Part shown: positions 49,830 to 62,899 of the stretch, piece after piece | Position numbering within the stretch: the first letter of the stretch is position 1 | Layout: each line of letters opens with the position of its first letter | Source of the DNA: Octopus sinensis | Taxonomy: Eukaryota | DNA: 64,000 bases | Reading direction: 5' to 3' | Assembly (NCBI RefSeq): GCF_006345805.1 | Contig: NC_042999.1 | Coordinates: 55,242,001-55,306,000 of the forward strand | Translations under genes and position numbers: made by a program | The notes under the pieces: generated by a model | Database searches by the model: none | What the model was told of the DNA's origin: nothing | What the model saw: the letters and a program-made list of their open reading frames with translations, nothing else

Positions 49830-50004
49830 TAATAATAATAACAACAACAACACCGAAAAATATCATAGGAATGAGAACCCAGGTTCGAAATTTCCCCAAG
49901 ACACCTGATGAAGGATGGAGGGTTAACAACAAACAAGATGAGGACAAATATCCGTCAAATGTAAATAATGTAAATAATGAACATAATTCCTCATGTCTTA
50001 AATA
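49648..50004 (+). mobile_element. tRNA-headed element with (AAT)n spacer, CTGATGA-containing tail and an inverted copy of its 3' end; 13-bp TSD
   Basis: TSD TAGAACAGTAGTT at 49635-49647 and 50005-50017. Inverted arms at 49649-49700 and 49922-49974. Head GGGCGTATGGCATAGTGGTTAAGAGTGCGGGCTACTAACCCC. Confidence 0.65.
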
Positions 50005-50255
50005 TAGAACAGTAGTTATTTATTAAAGTTTTCCAAGAAAAAGGTAGATTGACAAAGTTTTTGTCAAACTTCTTGTCAAAAGTTACACTCATATATATAT
50101 ATATATGGTAAGTAGCTTGTTTATCAACCACATAGTCCCGGGTTCAGTCCCACTGCGTGGCACTTGGGCAAGTGTCTTCTACTATAGCCTCGGGCCGACC
50201 AAGCCTTGTGGGGATTGGTAGACGGAAACTGAAAGAAGCCCGTCGTATATATGTA

Positions 50256-50289
<34 letters not shown>

Positions 50290-50521
50290 TATGCTTGTGT
50301 GTGTTTGTATGTCTGTATTTGTGCCCCTAGCATTGCTTGACAAACGATGCTGGTGTGTTTATGTCCCCGTTACTTAGCGGTTCGGCAAAAGAGACCGATA
50401 AAATAAGTACTGGGCTTACAAAAGAATAAGTTCCGGGGTCGAGTTGCTCGATTAAAGGCGGTGCTCCGGCATGGCCGCAGTCAAATGACTGAAACAAGTA
50501 AAAGAGTAAAAGAGTAAAAGA

Positions 50522-50561
<40 letters not shown>

Positions 50562-50798
50562 TTCATTTTTTAAAATTCTTTTATTTGTTTCAGTCAACTG
50601 ACTGCGGCTATGCTGGAGCGCCGCTCTTTAGTCGAACAAATCGACCCCGGGACTTATTCTATTGGTTCTCTTTTGCCGAACCGCTAAGTTACGAGGACGT
50701 AAACTCACCAACATCGGTTGTCAGGCAATAGAGGGGGATAAACGCAGACACACAAACACACACAAACACACACACACGCACACACATATATTCACATG

Positions 50799-50829
<31 letters not shown>

Positions 50830-50944
50830 TATTTAGTTGAATGTAGATTCTATGCTCTGGATCACACATGTGAAGTTATTTCTAATACTCGCTGGGGGCC
50901 GAATATTTCGTTTGCGGATGTCAGAAATAACTTGAGAACGTTAC

Positions 50945-50975
<31 letters not shown>

Positions 50976-50983
50976 CATACATC

Positions 50984-51029
<46 letters not shown>

Positions 51030-51169
51030 ATATATATATAATATATATAATATATATCTATAACATACATATATATATATATATATACATACATATATTA
51101 AGATATATATATATATATACAGACATATATATATATATATATATATTTACATCATATATAATTATATAT

Positions 51170-51252
<83 letters not shown>

Positions 51253-51771
51253 ATATAATATATATATATATACAAACATACATAACATATATATATATAT
51301 AGATATATATATATATATATCTGTGTGTGTGTAGTTTGGCGGCAACTGTCAATTTGCTAACGTTTTATAGTGTCTCACACGAGTCCTTACACGTACGCAA
51401 TACGTAAATAAATATGCATGTTTATGTGTGTAGCAATTAAACTTATCCATGTATACATCTAACAAAATCAGACATTCTCAATTAATCTAAGTGACATCCG
51501 TGTTCACTGATGAATTAAGGTAAGAAAAAAAAGCAAAAAAAAAAAAAGAAAAGAAAAGGAAAAGGAAAAGAACCCCCCCGTCCCCCACAAAAAAAATAGA
51601 ATAGAGGAGAAAACAGTTTTCAATGTTCTCTCTCAAACTACGACGGATCCTCATAAATCTCACAATAGCAATTCTAGTCGGAATCAATAGAGCAAAACGT
51701 CCGTATTTGTATTAGTTTACGATTTTATTTCAACCTATTGTAAATACACACACACACAAATATATATATAT

Positions 51772-51824
<53 letters not shown>

Positions 51825-52879
51825 CATGTGTGTATCTATGTATGTATGTATGTATTATATATAAGACGTACAAACAATCGTATAATCTCATGTGTATCTT
51901 ATGAAATCTGACCATTTCGTTTTATTGTTGTGAACCAGAGAGCATTATTGTTGTTAGTTTTATCATTGAAAGTTGATATCAGTATTTTGGGTTTTTAGAG
52001 TGAGAAATGAATTCGTGTGAGAGGAGGAGCGCCGGCTTGTTTCAATGTTTCATTATGAAGCCGTAAAGGCATCAGAAAACATACAAGCCTAACCCTCCAA
52101 ACAAAAATATAAATATTTGTGTCAACGAGAGAACATCTATGTGGTCAATTGGTTTGACAGAAGTAGCAACCTTATCTCCCTCAAATCTGACATTCCACCG
52201 TCTATAAACAGGTAGAACGTACGAGATAATTTAGTCGTAGGAACACTGAAGAAATAAAAAATACAAAAATCTCCCCCTCTCCGGGATAATCAGGAGTGTA
52301 ATACCTATTTCTTTATTGCCCACAAGGGGCTAAACACAGAGAAGACAAACAAAGACAGACACACGGATTAAGCCGATTACATCGACCCCAGTGCGTAACT
52401 GGTACTTAATTTATCGACCTCGAAAGGATGAAAGGCAAAGTCGTCCTCGGCGGAATTTGAACTCAGAACGTAACGACAGACGAAATACGTATTTCTTTAC
52501 AACCCACAAAGGGCTAAACATAGAGGGGACAAACAAGGACAGACAAATGGATTAAGTCGATTACATCGATCCCAGTGCGTAACTGGTACTTAATTTATCG
52601 ACCCCGAAAGGATGAAAGGCAAAGTCGACCTCGGCGGAATTTGAACTCAGAACGTAACGATAGACGAAATACGGCTACGCATTTCACCCGGCGTGCTAAC
52701 GTTTCTGCCAGCTCGCCGCTGTGTAATACACTTGGGCATAGAGCTACCCGAGTGAAGGCGCGTGGCTTAGTGGTTAGGGTATTCGGCTCACGATCGTAAG
52801 ACCGTGAGTTCGATTTCAGACAGCGCCTTGTATCCTTGAGCAAAACACTTTATTTCACGGTGCTTGTTATTCTCTTTAA

Positions 52880-53165
52880 GTGAACATTTTTCTGGTTGAA
52901 ATACACCGAAAAATGCCGATACAGCAGTCAAAAAATCGTAAAAAGTAGGGATTTTCATAGAAAAAAAGCACCTTTTTGATGTAAATAAATTTTGGTCTTA
53001 ACATGGTCCGATTTGAATTATTTCTTCTACGGAATGAAGAGCAAGCCTTCTTCTATTATACTCTCAATTTTGGTCAACTTGCACCGCAGGGTCTCGGAGG
53101 AGATAGTGTTAGTTGAAGGTTACCAAACCTGCCACACACAGACTTCTTCAGCTTTATATAGAGAG
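52880..53165 (+). mobile_element. HINE-like 3' fragment
   Basis: Ends TTTTGGTCAACTTGCACC..GGAGGAGATAG...CACACAGACTTCTTCAGCTTTATATAGAGAGAT, similar in style to the other HINE-like ends. Confidence 0.4.
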
Positions 53166-53923
53166 ATATTTTGGCTTTGCTAGGTGTCTTAGGAGTTAAA
53201 ATAATATATAGTATTTAAATTTTCTTCATGTGTGAATTATTTTGGAAATCATGATAAATTTTTCGAAAAAGTCCCAAATGGGGATCGCTGAAAGAAAAAA
53301 ATCATCCTTTTCTATTCCATTGCAATAATAAACATTTTAGTCTTTTTTGAAACTATAATATCAAATGTGAATGTGAATGAAATATCAATGAATGATACAG
53401 ATGAGAAAGGCAAAAGAAAAAAGAAAAAGTTTTTAAAACAGTTAATATTTTTGTGGTTCAAAAATTGCGATTTATGACATAAAATGTCCTCTAGAATTAG
53501 CCAGATCTAATAATGACAGACTTTAACGACTAAATATTTTTAAAGCCACCCCAGCAAATGCAATGTACATAAGCAATTCACTTTAAATACAACAAACAAC
53601 CGGTAGGGACGCTGTTTTTAGTAGATCCCCAAATGGGGTTCATAGCAGGCAATGGGTTAACGTGGCTGAGTACTCCACAGACGTGCGTACCCTTAATGCA
53701 GTTCAAAGGAGATATAGCATGACAGAGAATGCGGCAAGGATTCTCCCCTTGAATTACGGGTACAACTCATTTTTGCCAGCTGAGTAGACTGGGGCAGCTT
53801 AAAATAAAGCGGACACAACGCGTCGTTGGGAATCGAACTGACGACCTTACGATCATTAGCCGAATGCCCTAACCATTTAGCCAGCGCCTTTCATTTATAT
53901 GTTCAGCATATAGATTGACTATA

Positions 53924-54331
53924 GTGGAGGTGCAATGTTAGGGCAGTAGACTCGTGGTCGTAGGATCGCGGTTTCGATTCCCAGACCGGGCGTTGTGAGT
54001 GTTTATTGAACGAAGACACCTAAAACTCCACGAGGATTCCGCAGGGGAGGGGGTGGCGAACTCTCCTGTACTTTTTCACCGTGGTGGCGAACTCTGCTGT
54101 ACTCTTTCACCACAACTTTCTCTCACTCTTTCTTCCTGTTTCTGTTGTACCTGTATTTCAAAGGGCCGGCCTTGTCACACTCTGTGTCACGCTAAATCTC
54201 CCCGAGAACTTACGTTAAGAGTACACGTGTCTGTGGAGCGCTCAGCCACTCACATGTTAATTTCACGAACAAGCTGTTCCGTTGATCGGATCAACTGGAA
54301 CCCTCGTCGTCGTAACCGACGGAGTGCCACA
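53924..54331 (+). mobile_element. SINE family C, full length with a 12-bp TSD
   Basis: TSD AGATTGACTATA at 53912-53923 and 54332-54343. Confidence 0.9.
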
Positions 54332-54629
54332 AGATTGACTATATACAGTTTTCTTTGTCGATTCGCTCAACCAATTGGTGGGTCTAGTCCTCTCAGTCTG
54401 CTTTATGGCTCGGTGTGGTTCTGCGATGTCATTTGAAACTCCAATATCGAATACAGCAAGCGTCAGCCATAAATACTAACCGGAGAATTCGTCACAAAAT
54501 ACAGGATTACAGAGATTTATAAGAATCAGATAAAGCTGAATGTGAGAGTGTGGATGCGTTCATCTGTGCATTAATAATGTATTATAGGAATTATTATATG
54601 CTAATTAAATAGTATCGGTTCCAGCAAAT

Positions 54630-55605
54630 TCAGGGAGCGGGGTAAATCGATTACATCGACCCCAATACTCAACTGGTACTTATTTTATCAACCCTGAAAA
54701 GATGAACGCAGAACGTAAAGACAGACGAAATGCCACTAAGCATTTTGTCCGGCTAACGATTCTGCAAGCTCGCCGCCTTATGCTTATTACATACTATTCT
54801 TTTCTACACTAGGTACAAGGCCCGAAACTTTTTGGGGGAGGGGGGGCAGTCGACCCTAGTATGCAACTGGTACTTAATTTATCGACCCCGAAAGGATGAA
54901 AAGTCGGCCTCGGCAGAATTTGAACTCAGAACGTAAAGACAGACGAAATACTGCTAAGCATTTCGACCGGCGTGCTAACGTTTCAGCCAGTTTGCCGCCT
55001 TTTTCTTTTCTACTGTAGGCACAAGGCTCGAATTTTTTGGGTGTGGGGTGTGGGGGTGGAGGGGTTCAGTCGATTACATCGACCCCAGTACGCAGTTGCT
55101 ACTAATTTATCGACTCCGAAAGGATGAAAAGCAAAGTCGACTTCGGCGGAATTTGAACTCAGAACGTAGCGGCAGACGAAGTGCCTATATCTTTACTACC
55201 CACAAGTGGCTAAACGCAAGAGAGGACAAACAAGGACAGACAAACGGATTAAGTCGATTATATCGACCCCAGTGCGTAACTGGTACTTATTTAATCGACC
55301 CCGAAAGGATGAGAGACAAAGTCGACCTCGGCGGAATTTGAACTCAGAACGTAACGGCTGACGAAATACCTATTTCTTTACTACCCACAAGGGGCTAAAC
55401 ACAGAGAGGACAAACAAGAACAGACAAAAGGATTAAGTCGATAATATCGACCCCAGTGCGTAACTGGTACTTATTTTATCGACCCCGAAAGGATGAGAGG
55501 CAAAGTCGACCTCGGCGGAATTTGAACTCAGAACGTAACGGCTGACGAAATACCGCTAAGCATTTCGTCCGGCACGCTAACGTTTCTGCCAGCTCGCCGC
55601 CTTAC
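54630..55605 (-). mobile_element. Cluster/tandem chain of SINE family B
   Basis: Equivalent GTCGAT anchors at 55069, 55253 and 55437 (184-bp period), plus two partial copies at 54630-55000. Confidence 0.9.
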
Positions 55606-56864
55606 TTGTTACATAATATTATTAAAACAATAACATAATAAATTGAATTCTGGGGCCTGTATTTGTTTTAATTGAACTAAATGTAAGGGTGGTGTGTGTG
55701 TTTGTATTCTGTGTGTGTGTGTGTGTGTAACAGTAAATCGCTCAAGATAGTCATATGTCATTGCAAACAGCCTTCCTCATTTCGTGTATTCTGTTATACT
55801 TGATGAGATGTTTTCAGGTATATTGTCAGGGTGAGGCGGGTTGGCCATTTACGTCAGTGGCGGCACCTATCAACCAAAAGCATGTGGGAACAAGCCTAGG
55901 ATGTTCGAATGAGTTTCAAAGAGCAGACGTTCCAATTCACGTGATTCGACGCTCCCACAATCATTCATTACTTTCTTTGTTTCAATTGATGTTTTAAACA
56001 TTTAACACCACATTTTGCGGCATATTGTGGATAAAACTACCGAGGTGGGTTTTGAAGATGGGCACATAAATATGTATCCACTCACCCCAAAACAATGCAA
56101 AGCCGATGCATTGCCGGTCAAACAACCAATATATATTGGATTGTTAAATGAATTCGCTCGTTTTAAAAAATTTCTTTCTGTTTATTTTAATCCTTATTTT
56201 CGATCAACATTTTCAACAAACCTGTCAATAATACATCCTCCTAAGGCGGCGAGCGGGCAGAATCGTTAGCACGTTTGGCAAAATGCTTAGAGGCATTTCG
56301 TCACTTTTTACGTTTTGAGTTCAAATTCCGCTGGGGCCGATTTTGCCTTTCATCCTTTCCGGGTCGATTTAATTGACTTTGCCCTTCTCTGAAATTGCGC
56401 CAAAATATGAAACCAACAATATATTCCCTTCCATTAAGCTACGCGCCTTCATTTATATGTTCAGCATGTAGATTGACTATAGTGGAGGCGCAGTGGTCCA
56501 GGGGTTAGGGCAGTGGTCTCGTGGTCGTAGGATCGCGGTTTCGATTCCCAGACCGGATGATGTGAGTGCTTATTGAGCGAAAACACCTAAAGCTCCACGA
56601 GGCAATGGCAGGGGGTAGTGGCGAACTCTGTTATATTCTTATGCCACAACTTTCTCTCACTCTTTCTTCCTGTTTGTGTTGTACTTGTAATTCAAAAGGG
56701 CCAGCCTTGTCACACTCTGTGTCACGCTGAACCTCCCCGAGAACTTCGTTAAGGGTACACGTGTCTGTGGAGTGCCACTTACATCCTGTGGAGAGCCACT
56801 TACACGTTGATTTCACGAGCAAGCTGTTCCGGTGATCGGATCAACTTGAACCCTCGTCGTCGTG

Positions 56865-57420
56865 TTATAGCTGAAGAATACGGTAGGTGCAATACAACTT
56901 CCCAACGAGCTCTTGAATAGCAATTTTGGTCGAATTAGCGTCGTTGGAGCGAGCGTTGTCGCGTTGAAGAAGCGCGCCATGCCACCAGTCGGGTCGTTTC
57001 AGCTTGACTGCCTCAATAAACAGTACATTCGCTGAGCGTAAAGCCTTGTATTGATCATGTGGCGGTTTTCAAGCATATCGTAGTGGATTAACGCGGATCC
57101 ACGTGGATGAGTTGCTTCAATCGGTTCTCATTGAACAGAACAGGTCGGTCGGAACGTGAAGATTCTGTCATGTCAAATTTCCCTTCCTTGAAGTATGACA
57201 CCATTTCTGTGCATTTGTTTCACTAAAGGCGCTTTCTCCGTACACAGCACAAATGTCTCGAGTGGCTTTGGCAGCTTTGGAACCTTGCCAGACAGCTGAA
57301 AGAAGCAGGCGTCAAAAATGTTCAAATTTATATCCATTTTGAACACTGTATCGTCATATGCCTGGAAAGAGGTAAAATTTATTCAAATTTCAAAAACAAT
57401 AGACAAAAAAAGTTGTAGGT
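56865..57420 (-). mobile_element. Internally deleted mariner transposon remnant
   Basis: Frameshifted minus-strand pieces read GSKAAKATRDICAVYGESAFSETNAQKWCH and KFDMTESSRSDRP (Mos1-type HTH region), and WEVVLHLPYS (cf. WEVLPHPPYSPDL). Confidence 0.8.
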
Positions 57421-58470
57421 GACGGTAGAGCTAAGATAGGTAAACTTCTCCACCTCTTGTAGTCTGTGGTCTCCAATATGTATGTTTGGGATGTCCAATG
57501 TAGCCTGACCCATGATGTTGGTCTTCTTGAGGCTGATAACTAAGCCAAAGTCGCTACATGCTTGCTCAAAACAGTTGATGAGCCTCTGTAGGGCTTCTTC
57601 TGTGTGTGATACCAGAGCGGCATCATTAGCAAATAGCACCTCCTTGATCAGGACGCTTCTGATTTTGGTCTTGACACGCAGACGTGAGAGATTGAACAGT
57701 TTCCCGTCACTTCTACTGTGCAGAAACACTCCATTATCTGACGTCTGAAAGTCATGTGACAGCAGCAGCGAGAAGATGCCAAATAATGTAGGAGCAAAAG
57801 CACAACCTTGCTTTACCCCGTTTTTTATTTGGAAGGCGGTTGATGTTGAACCATTGTGCTGTATGGTGCCTTGCATATCATCATGGAAAGATTTGATGAT
57901 CCTCAGCAGCTTTGGTGGACATCCGATTTTTGGAGCAGGATGAAGAGGCCTTTTCTACTTACCAAGTCAAAGGCCTTTGTCAGGTCAATGAAGGCCATAT
58001 ATATTGGTGTTTTCTGCTCTCTGGACTTCTCCTGAAGTTGGCGTATGGAGAATATCATGTCAATAGTTGATCTGCTTCTTCTAAAGCCACACTGCGATTC
58101 TGAATAAATTCGAGAAGCAAGCAGTTGTAGCCTGGACAGGATAACGCGAGCAAAGGCCTTTCCAAGAAGAGATATTCCACAGTAATTGTTACAATCACCA
58201 CGTTCACCTTTGTTTTTGTAAAGCGTAATGATGTTAGCATCCCGCATATCCCGAGGGACTGCACCCTCTCCCCAGCACTAACACAGAAGCTCATGAAGGT
58301 GCCGAAGCAGGATAGTGTTTTTGCCGGTTTTGATGATCTCTAAGAGGATGCCGTCTTTTCCCGGAGCCTTGTTACTTACTAGGGAGTCAATAGCCTTAGT
58401 GAGCTCTGCTATAGATGGCAGACTGTCAAGTTCACACATGACTGGCAAGATCTTGACACCCTCGATTGCA
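57421..58470 (-). mobile_element. RTE-BovB-like LINE reverse transcriptase fragment
   Basis: Reads KAPGKDGI, DANIITLYKNKGERGDCNNYCGISLL, QCGFR, FIDLTKAFDLVSR, GVKQGCAFAPTLF, LFANDAAL and VEKFTYLSS. Frameshifted. Confidence 0.95.
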
Positions 58471-58489
58471 GCTAAACTAAGCTAAGCTC

Positions 58490-58700
58490 TCTATAATAGT
58501 AAAACTAAAGTCGTAGCGCTCACTGTGGGGCTGGTAGCTGTGGACAGTGAGCCCAACGGTGCCCAGAGCTTTGCCCATGACACTCCATGGACGCTAAGTA
58601 AGGCATGTGTATAATTTGAATGAAATCCGTTGTGTAGTTCTCAAGTTTTAGGGATTCACACAGACAGACAGACACACATTCTCAGTTTCATATATAACGA
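58490..58700 (+). mobile_element. 3' piece of a HINE-like element
   Basis: TTTGCCCATGACACTCCATGGACGCTAAGTAAGGCATGTGT...TGTAGTTCTCAAG...ACACATTCTCAGTTT is homologous to 60125-60270. Confidence 0.7.
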
Positions 58701-58702
58701 TA

Positions 58703-60270
58703 TACTAGCACTATGACCCGTCGTTGCCTGGTCATAGTGCTAGTGCATGTATATATGTGTATATATATGTGTACATATTACATGTATATCTATATATATA
58801 CATCTACACATAAAATACAAAATAGAAAGTTATATCTTGATATCGCTAGTGATAACAATACTCAAAATATATAACAGACTGGAATTTTAGGCCCGTCTCT
58901 TGCAATTGTATCTTGTCGTCCCTCTTGTATAGAAGTGTGGCTACAATCCAGCCTACCTCTATTTCCGGGGCGGTGGCATTTTAAATTTTTAACCGGGACG
59001 TCCTACGCCCCAGATATAAAGGTAAAAATAAAATATTTCCACTTTGCAAGGTTCGAGTCGAGTACTCCCTTGCAAGCTCCGTTGACTCGAACCTTGCTTC
59101 TATTGTGGCGAATTTACCGCCTCTGGTTAGATATCTTTCATAGTCGCACCAAGACACTTTTCGATGGTGCTTTTCTCCAGGTGTTCAAATCTTTTTTTTT
59201 CTCTACATTGTATACTTTATAGACAATAGACTTTTCTTTAATTGAATTTCGTTTGGTGGTGTTATCCTAGATTCACCGTCTTTGTCGTTGATCAATCCGA
59301 AATAGGTTTGTATTTCTTCCATTTTAATTTTAATGAGTTCGCGCCCGCCGATGGCTGCAGCGAAATTCATTTTTGGACTTTCTTCTATCGAAGGTATTCT
59401 AACAAAAATGCTTCCGTATAAACGGTGAAAATATTGTCAGTTTCCCCAAACAGGGACACAATTCAACTTTTAAATAATAACCAAAGCTCCTTCTCCCAAA
59501 GGGGGAGGGTTACGGTTTACAATTATTTAATAAATGCAACACAACAACGTTTCCCTTATGAGGAACTAACAAACGTGATAACAATAGTGAAACAGTAATA
59601 ATAATAACAACAAACCCTACGGTGAATCAAAAAGCAGTACGCAGTTGAAGCTTTAGTCCTTTATGTATAAGAAATAATCCAACAGCAGTACATTACATAC
59701 AGCCAAACTTCATATAGATACTTAATGCTAGCTAATTAGCAGATAATCTAACGTAAACGCCATGGGAAACGGTATGTGCACAGCTCCATCTGGACTCTTC
59801 CATTTCTGCACACTAATTTTATTTTTAATTTATTCCCATTCATGTGAAAGCACTTATTCAAGTTCCAGTCATTGATGCAATTTTATACCAATTACTATTT
59901 TTACTTTTGTTATGTAACGATTATATTATACTTTAATTTGATTTTAATTATTACTTACTACATATAATTCAATTGTTATTATTATCCCTAATTTTTATTG
60001 TTAAAGTGAAAGTATCTGACATAAAATAAAGGAATGTTTTTGTTTCACTTTTAACACGTAATACTGAAATAGTGGAGAAGATATGATATTGCTATGGGCT
60101 CGCCCTAGGCAAGAAGGTGAACATTTTTTTGCCCATGAAACTACATGGACCCTAAGTAAGGCATGTGTAAAATTTGAATGAAATTGGTTGTGTAGTTCTC
60201 AAGTTTTAGGGAAACACACAGACACACACACACACACACACACACATTTTCAGTTTTATATATACAGAGA
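58703..60270 (+). mobile_element. Probable complete ~1.57-kb Helentron-associated (HINE-like) element
   Basis: 5' TACTAGCACTATGACCCGTCGTTGCC with a 15-bp hairpin (58704-58718/58730-58744). The 3' end is homologous to 58560-58700 and ends TTTCAGTTTTATATATACAGAGAT. Confidence 0.6.
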
Positions 60271-61915
60271 TTTACTTAGCGATTATTTCCTCGCTATTTT
60301 GGCAAGTACCGTGACACCGACTCGCTGAGATCGATCCAGCTTGTTTGATGGGTCTAATATTTACTGTCTTTTATACAACTTAGTGTTATCGTGTTGAACT
60401 TAATTCGGTTTGGTTGTGATATCAAAGAGCGGTCGATAGGTCAAATAGCTGGAACTCCAAACCACTTGTGCTTTGCAGTATTTGCTCTAGATCTCTGTAT
60501 TCCGAGTTCAAATCTCCCCATGGTCAATTTTGTCTGTCATCCTTCCGGGGTCGATAAACTGAAGCATTGGGGGGGGGGGGAGAAGGGTCGATGGCTTTTA
60601 ATTTTTTTTTTATATTGATTCTGTTTGTCACTTTTCGTCTCTGTCTCAGAATTCGTTGCATTTTGCTTTGAGGAAGAGATGGAGGATCCACTCACACGAC
60701 CTCTTTTCTCCAAGATAACCATATTCACTCTATCTCAGTAGAACAATGAGAGAGACTCTGGTAAGGAATTGATGGTGATGACGACGACGACAACGACGAC
60801 GATGATGATGATGATGACGACAGCAATGCAATGATGGTGATGTCACATCACATAAATCCGTGAAATCAACAGAATACACTTCTCTCATTTGCGTCATTTA
60901 TTTCCTGTTCAGTTCATGACAGGAATTTATAACAACAGGGTTGCCGGGGTGGTCATTGGTTGATAATTTTCTCAAATGAAATAAAGACAAAATAAAGTAT
61001 AAATCATCAATAACATAGCAACAACTAATAAAATAGCAAGGCTAATTCTAAAATTCGTAACATAGCAACAATTAAAAAAGAAACAAGATTTTTTTTCCAG
61101 CTTTTTTTCTTCTACAACATCCAAGAAATAGGAAAGGCGATTAACATAATTAGGCTGATCCTCGATTAAACTTAGATAAAAGTTTTTACAGCTATGTTTG
61201 TAGAATGTAGCGTTGAAAATATTTGAGTAACCTTCATATTTCCAGAAGAATTATAAGCGGCGGCCTGGTTCTCCGTCCGTTACGACGATGAGAATTCAGA
61301 TCAATGGAACAGCTTGCTCGTGAAATTGACGCGGAAGTGGCTGAGCACTCCACAGACATGTATACCCTTAATATAGTTCTCAGGGATATTCAGTGTAACA
61401 TAGAGTTTGACATGGCTAGCCCTTTGAAATACAGGTGCTACTCATTGTTGCCTGCTGAGTGGGTTGGAGCAACGTGAAATAAAGTGTCTTGCTCAAGGAC
61501 ATAACGAGTCGCCGGGAATTGAACTCACGACCTTACGATCCTGAGCTGAAATCCCTAACCACTCATCCACGTTCCTTCACGATAATAAGCAGAAACGTTA
61601 AAAAAGAAAAAGGCTAGGTCAAAGCGTAAGACAGATATGTCGCAGTGAAGTATTTAATAATGTACATTGGCGTGTTTACTAATGTCTTCTGATATGATAT
61701 TTCGGAATATGTGAAAATATATTTTGAAATTATTTAATTGTTACACTGTTTTTAAATGCATGTTGTATATTTTAAAGAAAATCGGATTGTAATAATATAC
61801 TTTGGAATTAATGAACAACGGGATAAAAGAAATAACGCGTTTTCGCTTTTTCTATTAATGTTGTTTTTCCACATCTCCTGACTTGTGTGGAATACTGTTA
61901 GCATTTTGTACAAAC

Positions 61916-62077
61916 GCAGGAGTGGCTGTGTGGTAAGTAGCTTGCTAACCAACCACATGGTTCCGGGTTCAGTCCCACTGCGTGGCATCTTGGGCAAGTG
62001 TCTTCTGCTATAGCCCCGGGCCGACCAAAGCCTTGTGAGTGGATTTGGTAGACGGAAACTGAAAGAAGCCCGTCGTA

Positions 62078-62130
<53 letters not shown>

Positions 62131-62345
62131 GTTTGTGTGTCTGTCTTTGTCTCCCTAGCATTGCTTGACAATCGATACTGGTGTGTTTACGTCCCCGTCA
62201 CTTAGCGGTTCAGCAAAAGAGACCGATAGAATAAGTACTGGGCTTACAAAGAATAAGTCCCGGGGTCGATTTGCTCGACTAAAGGTGGTGCTCCAGCATG
62301 GCCGCAGTCAAATGACTGAAACAAGTAAAAGAGTAAAAGAGTAAA
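61916..62345 (+). mobile_element. SINE family A, near full-length young copy
   Basis: Complete head-to-tail match to 10605-11035. Confidence 0.9.
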
Positions 62346-62398
62346 ACGCACACGAATGTATACATAAATATATATAGATATTATTATTATTATTATTT

Positions 62399-62449
<51 letters not shown>

Positions 62450-62459
62450 GCGCCGGAGG

Positions 62460-62800
62460 CAGTATTAGTATCAGAAAACAATCTTTATACCCAACTTAAC
62501 GTGGATATCTTGTTAGAACACAGAATACTGCGTTATTTGCCTCGAGAGAACTTCTTATAACGGCGCTTGGTGCCTCAAAACACATGTAGAGATCGTAGCG
62601 GATTTGATTCATGTTACAGGCGCCGGAGCTCCCGCATTACGCGGTTTCGGTTTGCGGGACATTATGCATAGGAGGCCGCCGGTCATCGCACACCAGGAAA
62701 ATCTCGCTCCTACGATATATAGAATATCACCATTTCAGATACTGATGTCGCAAAACGAACTAGATTTCTGCAAGAAGCCTTCGTAACTTTAAGTCGCAAA
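62460..62800 (+). mobile_element. Possible RTE-type LINE C-terminal remnant
   Basis: One frame reads ITRFRFAGHYA*E...TISDTDVAKRT, loosely like the RRLQFAGH..YPDTIARD tail of RTE-type ORF2. Confidence 0.3.
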
Positions 62801-62818
62801 ACAAATCAAACTATTTAA

Positions 62819-62899
<81 letters not shown>

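Noticed and set aside
61008-61072. RFX X-box-like sites (TAACATAGCAAC twice)
   Set aside because: Short motifs are expected by chance in 64 kb, and no nearby gene start is identifiable.
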